DNA from: Candidatus Effluviviaceae Genus V sp. | GTDB lineage: Bacteria > Joyebacterota > Joyebacteria > Joyebacterales > Joyebacteraceae | Length of the DNA: 64,000 nucleotides | NCBI GenBank assembly: GCA_014728125.1 | Contig: WJMD01000014.1 | Location: forward strand, 2,202-66,201 | Direction of reading: 5' to 3' | Position numbers and translations under genes: made by a program | The notes under the pieces: model-generated | What the model was told of the DNA's origin: nothing | The model's database searches: none | What the model saw: the letters and a program-made list of their open reading frames with translations, nothing else | Shown: in pieces, positions 17,842-27,680 of the stretch | Position numbering within the stretch: the stretch's first letter is position 1 | Layout of the letters: each line of letters begins with the position of its first letter

Positions 17842-17878
17842 TTGCGCAAGTCTTGGCGATTTGGTAAAATGCGCAAGT
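17842..17878 (+). promoter_or_regulatory. arsR promoter (TTGCGC-17-TAAAAT) flanked by two copies of the palindrome-containing repeat TGCGCAAGT (putative ArsR operator)
   Basis: -35 TTGCGC at 17842-47 and -10 TAAAAT at 17865-70. The repeat TTGCGCAAGT is at 17842-50 and TGCGCAAGT at 17870-78, so the copies straddle the -35 and the transcription start. Confidence 0.5.
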
Positions 17879-17898
17879 GTTTGAGAAGGGAGCTTCCC

Positions 17899-18204
17899 AT
17901 GCGTTCTGAGGAGGAGGCGACGTACAGGGAGCGCGCCGAGATCATCAAGGCGATGGCCCACGCGACGCGCCTCTACATCGTGGATGTCCTCTCCGAGGGA
18001 GAGCGCTGCGTCAACGACCTGACGGAGCTCGTCGGCGCGGACATGTCGACGGTGTCGCGTCATCTTTCGGTCCTGCGCTCGGCCGGCATCGTCTCGGCCG
18101 AGAAACGCGGCTCGCACATCTACTACCATCTGCAGGTGCCGTGCGTGCTGAGGTTCTTCGAATGTGTCGAGGCCGTGCTCCGGGGAAGGAGAACCGATTC
18201 GTGA
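17899..18204 (+). CDS. arsR: ArsR/SmtB family metalloregulatory transcriptional repressor
   Basis: wHTH segment HATRLYIVDVLSEGERCVNDLTELVGADMSTVSRHLSVLRSAGIV with a metal/As-binding Cys. GAAGGGAG RBS. Confidence 0.85.
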   Translation: MRSEEEATYRERAEIIKAMAHATRLYIVDVLSEGERCVNDLTELVGADMSTVSRHLSVLRSAGIVSAEKRGSHIYYHLQVPCVLRFFECVEAVLRGRRTDS

Positions 18205-18695
18205 TGACAGGAGCCACTGCAGCGAAGCGGGGCCGATTCGGTAGATCGGTTCTGGCGCTCGTTCTCATCCTGACGTGCTTCGTCGCCGCGTGCGACAGGA
18301 GCGGCGAGGACGCAGGCGTCCGTTCGGACGGAGACGCAGGGAGGACCCGAGGGGACACGACGGCGCCGTCCTCCGGCGATGCTGTCGCGAACCGTGACCT
18401 GCCCAAGCTGATCGACCTCGGCGCCGACAAGTGCACGCCGTGCAAGATGATGGCGCCCATTCTCGAGGAGCTGCGGACGACGTACGAGGGGGATTTCGAG
18501 GTCGTCTTCATCGACGTCTGGAAGGAGCCCGAGGCCGCTCGCGAGTACGGCGTGAACGTGATCCCAACGCAGCTCTTTCTCGATGAGTCCGGCGACGAGC
18601 TCTTCCGTCACCAGGGTTTCTACTCCAGGGAGGAGATCCTGGCGAAGTGGCGGGAGCTCGGATATGAGTTCGAGCCGTCCTCACCCACAAGCTAG
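18204..18695 (+). CDS. Thioredoxin-fold lipoprotein (TlpA/ResA-like periplasmic thiol-disulfide oxidoreductase)
   Basis: Lipobox LTCFVAAC and a CxxC motif (DKCTPCKMMAP). The ATG overlaps the arsR stop (ATGA). Confidence 0.7.
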   Translation: MTGATAAKRGRFGRSVLALVLILTCFVAACDRSGEDAGVRSDGDAGRTRGDTTAPSSGDAVANRDLPKLIDLGADKCTPCKMMAPILEELRTTYEGDFEVVFIDVWKEPEAAREYGVNVIPTQLFLDESGDELFRHQGFYSREEILAKWRELGYEFEPSSPTS

Positions 18696-18731
18696 GTTCC
18701 GGACCACCTGACAGGGGAGGATGCAGGCAGC

Positions 18732-19430
18732 ATGGGTGAGCTCTTCGCGAACCTCACAAGGGCAGTTCAGGGAGCGCCGCTGGTGGCGCTCTCGGCGTCG
18801 CTCGCCTGGGGCGTGTTGAGCGTCGTCCTGAGCCCCTGTCATCTCGCCAGCATCCCGCTGATCGTCGGGTTCGTCGATGGGCAAGGGAGGATCTCCACGA
18901 GGCGCGCCTTCCTGATCTCCCTCTACTTCTCCGTGGGCATCCTCATCACCATCGCGGCCATCGGGGTCGCCACGGCCGCGGCCGGACGCATCATGGGAGA
19001 CCTCGGAAGCGTCACGACGTACGTGATAGCCGGTGTGCTCGTGCTGGTGGGTCTTCACCTCATCGGCCTTGTGCCCGCGCCGTGGTCGGGTCCGAGCGGC
19101 GTGGCCGTGAAGCGCAAGGGCGGGCTCGCGGCCTTCGTGCTCGGGCTCATCTTCGGCGTCGCGCTCGGGCCCTGCACCTTCGCCTACATGGCCCCCATGC
19201 TCGGCGTCGTGCTGGGCATCGCGGGCACGAGCCTCGCCTACAGCGTCGTTCTGCTTCTGGCGTACGGCATCGGGCACTGCGCGGTCATCGTCCTTGCGGG
19301 GACGTTCACTGAGGTCGTCCAGCGCTATCTGAACTGGACCGAGCGCTCAGGCGGCGCCATATGGCTTCGGAGGGCGTGCGGTGTGCTCGTGATCGCCGGC
19401 GGGGTCTACCTGCTGGTGACCCGCCTGTGA
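18732..19430 (+). CDS. ccdA: Cytochrome c biogenesis protein CcdA / DsbD-like transmembrane thiol-disulfide electron transporter
   Basis: Six TM helices. The two conserved Cys sit in LSPCHLASIP and LGPCTFAYMAP, as in CcdA/DsbD-beta. Confidence 0.8.
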   Translation: MGELFANLTRAVQGAPLVALSASLAWGVLSVVLSPCHLASIPLIVGFVDGQGRISTRRAFLISLYFSVGILITIAAIGVATAAAGRIMGDLGSVTTYVIAGVLVLVGLHLIGLVPAPWSGPSGVAVKRKGGLAAFVLGLIFGVALGPCTFAYMAPMLGVVLGIAGTSLAYSVVLLLAYGIGHCAVIVLAGTFTEVVQRYLNWTERSGGAIWLRRACGVLVIAGGVYLLVTRL

Positions 19431-19461
19431 CGTCCGGGCGGCTCGCTTCGGGAGAGAGACC

Positions 19462-20760
<1,299 letters not shown>

Positions 20761-20770
20761 GAGGTTGGAT

Positions 20771-21010
20771 GTGAAGGTTCAGATCCTCGGGACGGGATGT
20801 CCCAAGTGCAAGGAGCTCGCGGCGAACGCGGAGGCGGCCGCGGCCGAACTCGGCGCGGACGTCGAGATCGAGAAGGTGACCGATATCAACGAGATCATGG
20901 CGTTCGGCATCATGATGACACCGGGGCTGGCCGTCGACGGCGAGGTCAAGTCCTCCGGGGGCGTGATGACGAAGGACGAGATCGTCTCGCTGCTGAAGGA
21001 GAGCAGGTGA
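20771..21010 (+). CDS. Small thioredoxin-fold protein (redox-active disulfide protein 2 family, CPKC)
   Basis: MKVQILGTGCPKC N-terminus. AGGAGG is 6 nt upstream of GTG 20771. The ORF-track start at 20765 (TTG) is in-frame but leaves no RBS spacing. Confidence 0.75.
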   Translation: MKVQILGTGCPKCKELAANAEAAAAELGADVEIEKVTDINEIMAFGIMMTPGLAVDGEVKSSGGVMTKDEIVSLLKESR

Positions 21011-21540
21011 CGTCTCGAAGGAACATCGCCGTTCTGGCTCTGTCCGTCCTGTTCCTTACGTCGCCGGCCGGCGACGGGAGCGGCGGCGCCGACGCGTCCG
21101 CGGTGCCGTCCGTTCCGGCGGACACAGCGTCGCCCGGACCTCAGCGCGCCCCGACCGACTCGACGGCGATCGACAGTCTGAGAGCCGTGCCCGACAGGGT
21201 CGACGTCCTGTACTTCCACAGAACGGCCCGCTGCGAGAACTGTGTCAGGTTCGAGGAGTACACGGCCGGCGTTTTGGCGGACTCGCTTTCCCCGGAGCTT
21301 GAGCGCGGAACCGTCACGTGGCGGACCGTCAACCTGGACGACGAAGGCGAAGAAGGCCTCGTCGAGCGATACGACATCCTCGAGAGCTCTCTCGTGCTCT
21401 CCGTCCTCGAGGACGGAGAGGAGGTCGCGTGGTCGAAGCTCGACGGGATATGGGTGTTCGTGGAGGACGAGGCGCTGTTCAGACGGTACGTGCTCGGCGA
21501 GATGCTGAACGCCATTGATGCAGTCAGGAGGACTCAGTGA
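21007..21540 (+). CDS. Secreted CxxC-containing protein of unknown function
   Basis: The GTG start overlaps the preceding stop. Signal peptide ...[26 protein letters not shown] motif in [17 protein letters not shown]. Translationally coupled to arsC (GTGA overlap). Confidence 0.45.
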   Translation: MTSRRNIAVLALSVLFLTSPAGDGSGGADASAVPSVPADTASPGPQRAPTDSTAIDSLRAVPDRVDVLYFHRTARCENCVRFEEYTAGVLADSLSPELERGTVTWRTVNLDDEGEEGLVERYDILESSLVLSVLEDGEEVAWSKLDGIWVFVEDEALFRRYVLGEMLNAIDAVRRTQ

Positions 21541-21965
21541 ACAGACCGGCCGTGCTCTTCCTGTGCACCGGCAACACGGCGAGAAGTCAGATGGCCGAGG
21601 CGTTTCTTCGGAGACACGGAGGGGACCGCTTTGAGGCGGCGAGCGCGGGCTTCGAGCCGTCAGAGATCAACCCCATGACCCGACAGGTCATGGAGGAGGT
21701 CGGATACGATCTCGCTGGACAGCGCTCGAAGAGCCTGGACGAATACCTCGGACGGAAGCACTTCGGGTACCTCGTGACCGTCTGTGGCGAGGCGGAGAAG
21801 CGTTGTCCGAAGGCGTTTCCCGGCGTCGGCCGGCGTGTTCACTGGCCGTTCGACGATCCCGCGGCGCACGAGGGCGCCGAGGAGGAGAGGCTCGAGAAGT
21901 TCCGTCAGGTACGGGACCGGATCGAAGCGAGGGTCAAGGCGTGGATCGAGGAGGTCGGGAGCTAG
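21537..21965 (+). CDS. arsC: Arsenate reductase, LMW-PTPase family (thioredoxin-coupled ArsC)
   Basis: P-loop [16 protein letters not shown] (CX5R) plus downstream Cys residues ([11 protein letters not shown]). Confidence 0.85.
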   Translation: MNRPAVLFLCTGNTARSQMAEAFLRRHGGDRFEAASAGFEPSEINPMTRQVMEEVGYDLAGQRSKSLDEYLGRKHFGYLVTVCGEAEKRCPKAFPGVGRRVHWPFDDPAAHEGAEEERLEKFRQVRDRIEARVKAWIEEVGS

Positions 21966-22025
21966 GTCGATCGGAGGACGGGAGCCGTCCGGCATCACCG
22001 CGTCGACAGCACGAGCTTTTCCAGG

Positions 22026-22059
22026 GGGCCGCCCTGTCAGGCGGCCCTCTCTTTTCCCC
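22026..22059 (+). terminator. Intrinsic terminator after arsC (GGGCCGCC/GGCGGCCC stem + TCTCTTTTCCCC)
   Basis: An 8-bp GC stem with a 6-nt loop and a T-rich tail, immediately upstream of the lexA promoter. Confidence 0.55.
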
Positions 22060-22104
22060 TTGACGGGTGCACATGTGTGCAGTAGTCTGGTGCACGGATG
22101 TGCA
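22060..22104 (+). promoter_or_regulatory. lexA promoter with two SOS boxes of the TGCNC-N4-GTGCA type
   Basis: TGCACATGTGTGCA at 22068-22081 is a perfect 14-bp palindrome. TGCACGGATGTGCA is at 22091-22104. They overlap a TTGACG (-35, 22060-65) ... TAGTCT (-10, 22083-88) promoter, about 80 nt upstream of lexA. Confidence 0.6.
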
Positions 22105-22181
22105 GGGGGGCTTCCAGGCTGCCCTTCTGCTGAAACGGCGGACGGGACACGCCCGCTGCGACACGCTCCGGGAGGGTGGCG

Positions 22182-22805
22182 ATGCGGCACGACCTGACAG
22201 CAACGCAGCAGAGGATCCTCGACTTCATCGTCGAGACGATCCGCGACCACGACCGGTCTCCGACGATCCGCGAGATCGGTGACGCGTTCGGGATCGCTTC
22301 GACCAACGGGGTCCGCTACCACCTCGACGCGCTCGAGGAGCGGGGATACATCCGGCGTCACAAGGGTATCTCGCGCGGGATCGAATGGCTCGAGCACCAC
22401 GCGCCCGCCGCGAGGGCCGACGTCGCCCGCATCCCGCTCGTCGGCAGCGTCGCCGCCGGCGCGCCGGTCCTCGCTATCGAGAACGTCGAGGACGAGATCG
22501 CGGTCGACGACATGTTCGTGCGGGGCGACGGCTGCTTCGCTCTTCGCGTGACCGGCGACAGCATGAGGGACGCGGGCATCCTCGACGGCGACGTCGTCGC
22601 GGTGAACCCGCAGCCGACTGCGAAGACCGGGGATGTCGTCGTCGCGCTCATCGACGACGAGGCGACGGTCAAGGTCTACACGCGTCGCAGGAAGCAGGTC
22701 GTCCTCGAGGCGCGGAACCCGGAGTACGACGACATCGTGCTCAGGGAGGGCGACGCGGAGGCGCGGATCCTCGGAACGGTCGTCGGATTGATGCGGAGAT
22801 TCTAG
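22182..22805 (+). CDS. lexA: LexA repressor (S24 peptidase)
   Basis: N-terminal wHTH (LTATQQRILDFIVETIRDHDRSPTIREIGDAFGI). Cleavage site AG in VAAGAP. Catalytic Ser in GDSMRDAGI and Lys in VVALIDDEATVKVY. Confidence 0.9.
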   Translation: MRHDLTATQQRILDFIVETIRDHDRSPTIREIGDAFGIASTNGVRYHLDALEERGYIRRHKGISRGIEWLEHHAPAARADVARIPLVGSVAAGAPVLAIENVEDEIAVDDMFVRGDGCFALRVTGDSMRDAGILDGDVVAVNPQPTAKTGDVVVALIDDEATVKVYTRRRKQVVLEARNPEYDDIVLREGDAEARILGTVVGLMRRF

Positions 22806-22886
22806 TGCGGGCCCTTCCGGATATCGCGGCGGAGAACATGTTCCGCGGCGGACACCGGAAGCGCCCCCGGAAGGAGGAGGAAGGAT

Positions 22887-23657
22887 ATGAACAACGTACG
22901 CAGAAGAGAACGACGAGGCTCGGCGACGCAGGCGTTCTCCTTTATCGCGCTCGTCATCCTCATCATGGGCGCCCTGCTCGTGCTCGACGGGCCGGCGCCC
23001 GCGAAGGAGATGGAGCGTTCGGTGGACACAGCGACCACCAATCTCTCTGCTGCGCGGGCGGTCCGGCCCGACCGGGTCGCGCTGCCGGCGCCCAGGATCA
23101 GTTCCATGCCGGTCGAGCGGGCGATCAGCGGACGGCGCTCGGTCAGGGCCTACTCGGATGCGCCGATCCCGCTCGCCGATCTCTCGCAGCTCCTCTGGGC
23201 GGCGCAGGGCGAGACCGAGGCGGGGCGGCGGGCGGCGCCGTCCGCCGGCGCGCTCTACCCCATCGAGCTCTACGTCGCGGCCGGACGCGTCACGGACCTG
23301 CCGGCGGGGCTCTATCACTACGACCCGGAGGCGCACGACCTCGCGGTCGTCGAGATCGCGGACGTGCGGCCCATGCTCTCGGACGCAGCGCTCTCGCAGG
23401 AGTGGGTCGCCGACGCGGCGGCCGTGGTCGTCATCGGCGCGGTCCCCGGGAGGACGGCGGCCAAGTACGGTGCCCGCGCGGAGCGATACGTCCACATCGA
23501 GGTCGGCGCGGTGGCGGAGAACATCTATCTGCAGTCGGAGAGCCTGGGTCTGGGGACCGTGTTCGTCGGCGCGTTCTCCGACGAGGATGTCGCCGGCGTG
23601 CTCGGCGAGCCCGAGGTCGAGCCGTTCGGACTCATGCCGGTCGGCGCGCTGCCGTAG
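22887..23657 (+). CDS. SagB-type dehydrogenase / nitroreductase-family protein with N-terminal TM anchor
   Basis: Nitroreductase-like segments RRSVRAY ... LYPIELYV ... YVHIEVGAVAENIYLQSESLGLGTV. GGAGGAGGAAGG RBS. Confidence 0.6.
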   Translation: MNNVRRRERRGSATQAFSFIALVILIMGALLVLDGPAPAKEMERSVDTATTNLSAARAVRPDRVALPAPRISSMPVERAISGRRSVRAYSDAPIPLADLSQLLWAAQGETEAGRRAAPSAGALYPIELYVAAGRVTDLPAGLYHYDPEAHDLAVVEIADVRPMLSDAALSQEWVADAAAVVVIGAVPGRTAAKYGARAERYVHIEVGAVAENIYLQSESLGLGTVFVGAFSDEDVAGVLGEPEVEPFGLMPVGALP

Positions 23658-23704
23658 GTGCGGTGGGGGACATGCGAGGGACAACAGCAAGAGGACCGGA
23701 CCAC

Positions 23705-23959
23705 ATGATCCAGGAGATCAACGAGCCCGTCACCGTGCTCACGCGGTTCAGCGGCGGCCGGCTCGACCCCCTGCGCTTCCGGTGGCGGAACCGCGTCGTC
23801 GACGTCGACCGCATCACCGGCCGCTGGGAGGTGCGCGAGGGGCAGTACAAGCACCACCATTTCTCGGTCGTCACGACCGAGGAGGATTTCTTCGAACTGG
23901 TCTACGACACCCGGACGATGGCGTGGCTCCTGACCCGGACCGATCTGGAGGGTTCCTAG
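23705..23959 (+). CDS. Small hypothetical protein (84 aa)
   Basis: In-frame ATG at 23705 within a co-directional operon. No recognisable motif. Confidence 0.3.
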   Translation: MIQEINEPVTVLTRFSGGRLDPLRFRWRNRVVDVDRITGRWEVREGQYKHHHFSVVTTEEDFFELVYDTRTMAWLLTRTDLEGS

Positions 23960-23962
23960 AGG

Positions 23963-24832
23963 ATGCCTGAACTTCCCGAGATAGCGAACAGGGCGAGCGA
24001 GATGCGAAAGCACCTGACGGGGCGGACCATCACCGGCATCGAGGTCCTGCAGCCGAAGTGCCTGAACGTCTCGAAGCGGACGTTCTCGCGACGGCTGAAG
24101 GGCTCCCGTTTCGAGGATGTGTCGCACCGCGGGAAGTGGATCGTCGCGTCCATGTCGGAGGGGTACCTTTTCATCAACCTCGGCATGGGAGGCGACCTTC
24201 TTCTTGTGCCGTCCGACGAGCTTCCCGAGAAGCGGCGGGTCACGTTCCATCTCGATGACGGTACCAGCCTCGCCGTCAACTTCTGGTGGTTCGGTCACAC
24301 GCACGTCGCGGCCCGGCTCGAAGACCACGCGCCCATCGCGAAGCTCGGCCCCGATGTGCTCGACCTCACGAAGCGGCAGTTCCGGGAGCTCGTCGGCGGC
24401 AGGCGCGGCGGGGTCAAGTCGTTCCTGCTCAATCAGGAGCGCATCGCCGGCATCGGGAACGCCTACGTGCACGACATCCTCTTTCTGGCGGGACTGCACC
24501 CGCTCCGCACGCTCGATTCACTCACCGACGAGGAGATCGACGGCCTGTGGAAAGCGATCCGGGACGGTCTGAAACCGAGTCTCAGAAAGGGCGGAGCGTT
24601 CTACGAGCGGGATCTCTTCGGCCGCCCCGGCCGCTTCTCGGTCGACGATCTCCTCGTTGCGTACCGTGAGGGGAAGGCGTGCCCCACGTGCGGCACGGCC
24701 GTCGAGAAGCTGAAGGTCGGCAGCACGACGAGCTTCATCTGCCCGACCTGCCAGCCGCGGCCCCGGGCGAAGAAGTCGCGGCGCACGAAGGCCCGGCGGG
24801 TGACGAAGAAACGGGCATCGAAGGAGAAGTGA
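23963..24832 (+). CDS. fpg: Formamidopyrimidine-DNA glycosylase / endonuclease VIII family (Fpg/Nei)
   Basis: MPELPE N-terminus (catalytic Pro2-Glu3), an H2TH region, and a C-terminal zinc finger CPTCGTAVEKLKVGSTTSFICPTC. Confidence 0.85.
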   Translation: MPELPEIANRASEMRKHLTGRTITGIEVLQPKCLNVSKRTFSRRLKGSRFEDVSHRGKWIVASMSEGYLFINLGMGGDLLLVPSDELPEKRRVTFHLDDGTSLAVNFWWFGHTHVAARLEDHAPIAKLGPDVLDLTKRQFRELVGGRRGGVKSFLLNQERIAGIGNAYVHDILFLAGLHPLRTLDSLTDEEIDGLWKAIRDGLKPSLRKGGAFYERDLFGRPGRFSVDDLLVAYREGKACPTCGTAVEKLKVGSTTSFICPTCQPRPRAKKSRRTKARRVTKKRASKEK

Positions 24833-24863
24833 CGCCCGGGAGCGATTCCCGAGAGGAACCACC

Positions 24864-26297
24864 ATGCTGGGACGCCACAGAAAGGAGGCGCGCGTCGGCT
24901 CGTCGCGCGACGAGCGCCTCGTCTTCCACATCGACATGGACGCGTTCTTCGCCTCGGTCGAGGTGATGTGCCGCCCGAAGCTCAAGGGTTTGCCGGTCAT
25001 CGTCAGCGGCAAGCCGACCACCAGGAGCGTCGTGGCGGCGGCGTCGTACGAGGCGCGCGAGTACGGGATCCACTCGGCGATGCCGACGGCGGAAGCGTTC
25101 CGGCGCTGCCCGCACGTCGTCGCCGTCGAGGGGAACCCGGGGCAGTACATCTACGTCTCGCTCGAGCTCCTCCGCATCTACAAGTCGTACTCGACCGTCG
25201 TCGAGCCGTACTCGATAGACGAGGCGTTCGTCGAGATGACCGGGACCGAGTGCACCTGGGAGAACGCGCACGAGGTCGCCCGGGAGATCAAGAGGAGGGT
25301 ACGCGAGCGCTTCGGCGGCATCACGGCCTCGATCGGGATCGGCCCGAACAAGCTCATCGCGAAGATGTGCTCAGGGATGCAGAAACCCGACGGCATGACC
25401 GTCATCTCCCCGGGCGAATTCATGAGGGTCTTCGGGGACCGACCGGTGACCGACATCTGGGGCGTCGGGACGAAGACCGCGGTCGCCCTCGGTATGATGG
25501 GCGTCACGACCATCGGCGAGCTCTCGGAGTTCCCGGTCTCCATGCTCCGGCGTCGCTTCGGCATCATGGGGGAGATCCTCCACCTGATGGCGTGCGGCCA
25601 GGACGACACGCCGGTCGTGCCCTACTACGAGGGAATGCCGGTCCGGTCGATGGGCCACGAGCACACGTTGCCGGAGGACACCTGGGACATCCGGGAGGCC
25701 GAGAAAGTGCTCCTCCGCCTGTGCGACCAGGTGGCCAGGCGCATGCGGAAGAAGGAGTACATGGGGAACGTCATCTCGATGCGTCTGAGGTTCTCGGATT
25801 TCGACTCGGTCGGTCGTCAGAGGAAGATCAGGTTCTACACCGACGAGGAGCGCGTCATCTACCGGGTCGCGCGCGATCTCATGCACCGCCACTGGCGGCC
25901 CGGTCAGGCGATCCGGCTCGTGGGGGTCAACTGCTCGGGGCTGGTGCGCGTTCCGGAGGTCATGCAGATCGACCTCTTCCGGCAGAAGGACGAGGACTCG
26001 CACCGGAAGCTCCTGAACGCTCTCGATGCGATCCGTGATAAGTTCGGGGAGGAGGCCATCACCCGCGCCCGCCTCATCTCGAGGAACGCGAAGATGTGGT
26101 ACTCGAAGCACCGTGTCTCGGAGCCGCGCTTCATGCGGATGGGCCTGGGGGAGGACCGGCCTCCGTCGATCATGGCCGGCTGGCACGACGCGGCGCCCAA
26201 CCTCGACTCCATTCCGCTCCCGCCGGGCCTCTCGTCGAGCCCGTCCGACATGCTCAGGTTCCAGGACATCGACGACGGGGGGACGCCGCGCGGCTGA
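24864..26297 (+). CDS. dinB: DNA polymerase IV (Y-family, DinB)
   Basis: HIDMDAFFASVE catalytic Asp motif and YSIDEAFVE, as in canonical DinB/UmuC. Confidence 0.9.
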   Translation: MLGRHRKEARVGSSRDERLVFHIDMDAFFASVEVMCRPKLKGLPVIVSGKPTTRSVVAAASYEAREYGIHSAMPTAEAFRRCPHVVAVEGNPGQYIYVSLELLRIYKSYSTVVEPYSIDEAFVEMTGTECTWENAHEVAREIKRRVRERFGGITASIGIGPNKLIAKMCSGMQKPDGMTVISPGEFMRVFGDRPVTDIWGVGTKTAVALGMMGVTTIGELSEFPVSMLRRRFGIMGEILHLMACGQDDTPVVPYYEGMPVRSMGHEHTLPEDTWDIREAEKVLLRLCDQVARRMRKKEYMGNVISMRLRFSDFDSVGRQRKIRFYTDEERVIYRVARDLMHRHWRPGQAIRLVGVNCSGLVRVPEVMQIDLFRQKDEDSHRKLLNALDAIRDKFGEEAITRARLISRNAKMWYSKHRVSEPRFMRMGLGEDRPPSIMAGWHDAAPNLDSIPLPPGLSSSPSDMLRFQDIDDGGTPRG

Positions 26298-26328
26298 CGG
26301 GACGTTGAGAGGACACGAGGAAGCGACC

Positions 26329-27237
26329 ATGAGAACGAACGACATGCAGGGGGACCTCTTCGGCGGTCCCGAGAAGGTGAACGGTCTGCCGGACGGGAAC
26401 GGCGCGTGGGACTCGAGCGCGAGCCCGCCCGGCGTGCGTTGGTTCGGCCGCGAGGGACGGATCCGTATCGGCACGTCGGGCTACAGCTTCGCCGACTGGG
26501 TCGGCACATTCTACCCTGCGGGCACGCGGCGCAACGGCATGCTCGAGGAATACGTCCGGCACTTCGATACCGTCGAGATCAACACGAGCTACTACCGCGT
26601 CCCGGACGCCTCGATGTTCGAACGCATGGAGCGGCGGACGCCGCCGGGGTTCGAGTTCGTGGTCAAGCTCTACAAGGGGATGACGCACGAGATCGAGGAC
26701 GAGCCCGAGCACTTCCGTTCGTTTCTCGAAGCGGTGGCGCCCTTCCGTGAAGCGGGCAAGTTCGGCGGCTTTCTGGCGCAGTTTCCATGGCGGTTCAAAA
26801 AGAACGACGACGCCCTCGCGCACCTCGAGCGGCTCCGCAACGGCTTCCCCTCGGACGAGCTCTTCGTCGAGTTCCGGCACGACTCGTGGATGGAGGATGC
26901 GACGTTCGCGTTTCTCCGGGAGCACGACATCGGCTACTGCTCGGTCGACGAGCCGTCGCTCAAGGGTCTCGTCCCGCCGCTGGCCGAGGCGACGACCGGC
27001 ACCGCCTACGTCCGGCTCCACGGTCGGAACGCGAAGAACTGGTGGGGCAGGGGCGGGGGCGACCGCTACGACTACGATTACTCGACCGAGGAGCTCTCAG
27101 AGTGGTCGCGGAAGCTCCTCGACCTCGAGACGAAGGCGAAGAAGGTCTACGCGTTCTTCAACAACTGCCACGCCGGACACGCCGCGACGAACGCTGAACT
27201 GATGATGAACCTGCTCGAGGGGGAACTCGGATCCTGA
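26329..27237 (+). CDS. DUF72 (UPF0759, YecE-like) family protein
   Basis: [19 protein letters not shown]-terminus and FRHDSW ... AYVRLHGRN motifs, typical of DUF72. Confidence 0.7.
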   Translation: MRTNDMQGDLFGGPEKVNGLPDGNGAWDSSASPPGVRWFGREGRIRIGTSGYSFADWVGTFYPAGTRRNGMLEEYVRHFDTVEINTSYYRVPDASMFERMERRTPPGFEFVVKLYKGMTHEIEDEPEHFRSFLEAVAPFREAGKFGGFLAQFPWRFKKNDDALAHLERLRNGFPSDELFVEFRHDSWMEDATFAFLREHDIGYCSVDEPSLKGLVPPLAEATTGTAYVRLHGRNAKNWWGRGGGDRYDYDYSTEELSEWSRKLLDLETKAKKVYAFFNNCHAGHAATNAELMMNLLEGELGS

Positions 27238-27256
27238 ACAGGGAAGGCTGGAGAGC

Positions 27257-27676
27257 ATGACGTCGCACCGCAAGGAACTCTGGTTCAACACGCCCGGACG
27301 ACGGGCGTTCATCAACATCACCCCGCAGGTCGAAGAGGCGCTGGAGGAGTCCGGCGTCACCGAGGGACTCGTCCTCGTGAACGCCATGCACATCACGGCG
27401 TCGGTCTTCGTGAACGACGACGAGAAAGGACTCCACGAGGACTACGAGCGCTGGCTCGAGCGGCTCGCTCCGCACGAGCCGGTCAGCTCCTATCAGCACA
27501 ACCTGACCGGTGAGGACAACGCCGACGCGCATCTCAAGCGGCAGATCATGGGACGCGGCGTGGTGGTCGCCGTGACGGCGGGGAAGCTCGACTTCGGTCC
27601 GTGGGAGCAGATCTTCTACGGCGAGTTCGACGGCGGGCGTCGCAAGCGGGTGCTCGTCAAGATCATCGGGGAGTGA
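27257..27676 (+). CDS. yjbQ: YjbQ/UPF0047 family protein (secondary thiamine-phosphate synthase-like)
   Basis: Family-typical size of about 139 aa and motifs ([36 protein letters not shown]). Confidence 0.75.
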   Translation: MTSHRKELWFNTPGRRAFINITPQVEEALEESGVTEGLVLVNAMHITASVFVNDDEKGLHEDYERWLERLAPHEPVSSYQHNLTGEDNADAHLKRQIMGRGVVVAVTAGKLDFGPWEQIFYGEFDGGRRKRVLVKIIGE

Positions 27677-27680
27677 GCGT

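Noticed and set aside
18432-18444. TGCACGCCGTGCA palindrome resembling a LexA box
   Set aside because: The spacing is N3 not N4. It lies inside the CTPC codons (tgc acg ccg tgc) of the thioredoxin gene, a coincidence of CxxC coding.
21660-23690. 676-aa minus-strand ORF and 524-aa plus-strand off-frame ORF across lexA and the nitroreductase-like gene
   Set aside because: The in-frame plus-strand genes (lexA, SagB-like) have clear family motifs. The alternatives are Arg/Pro-rich.
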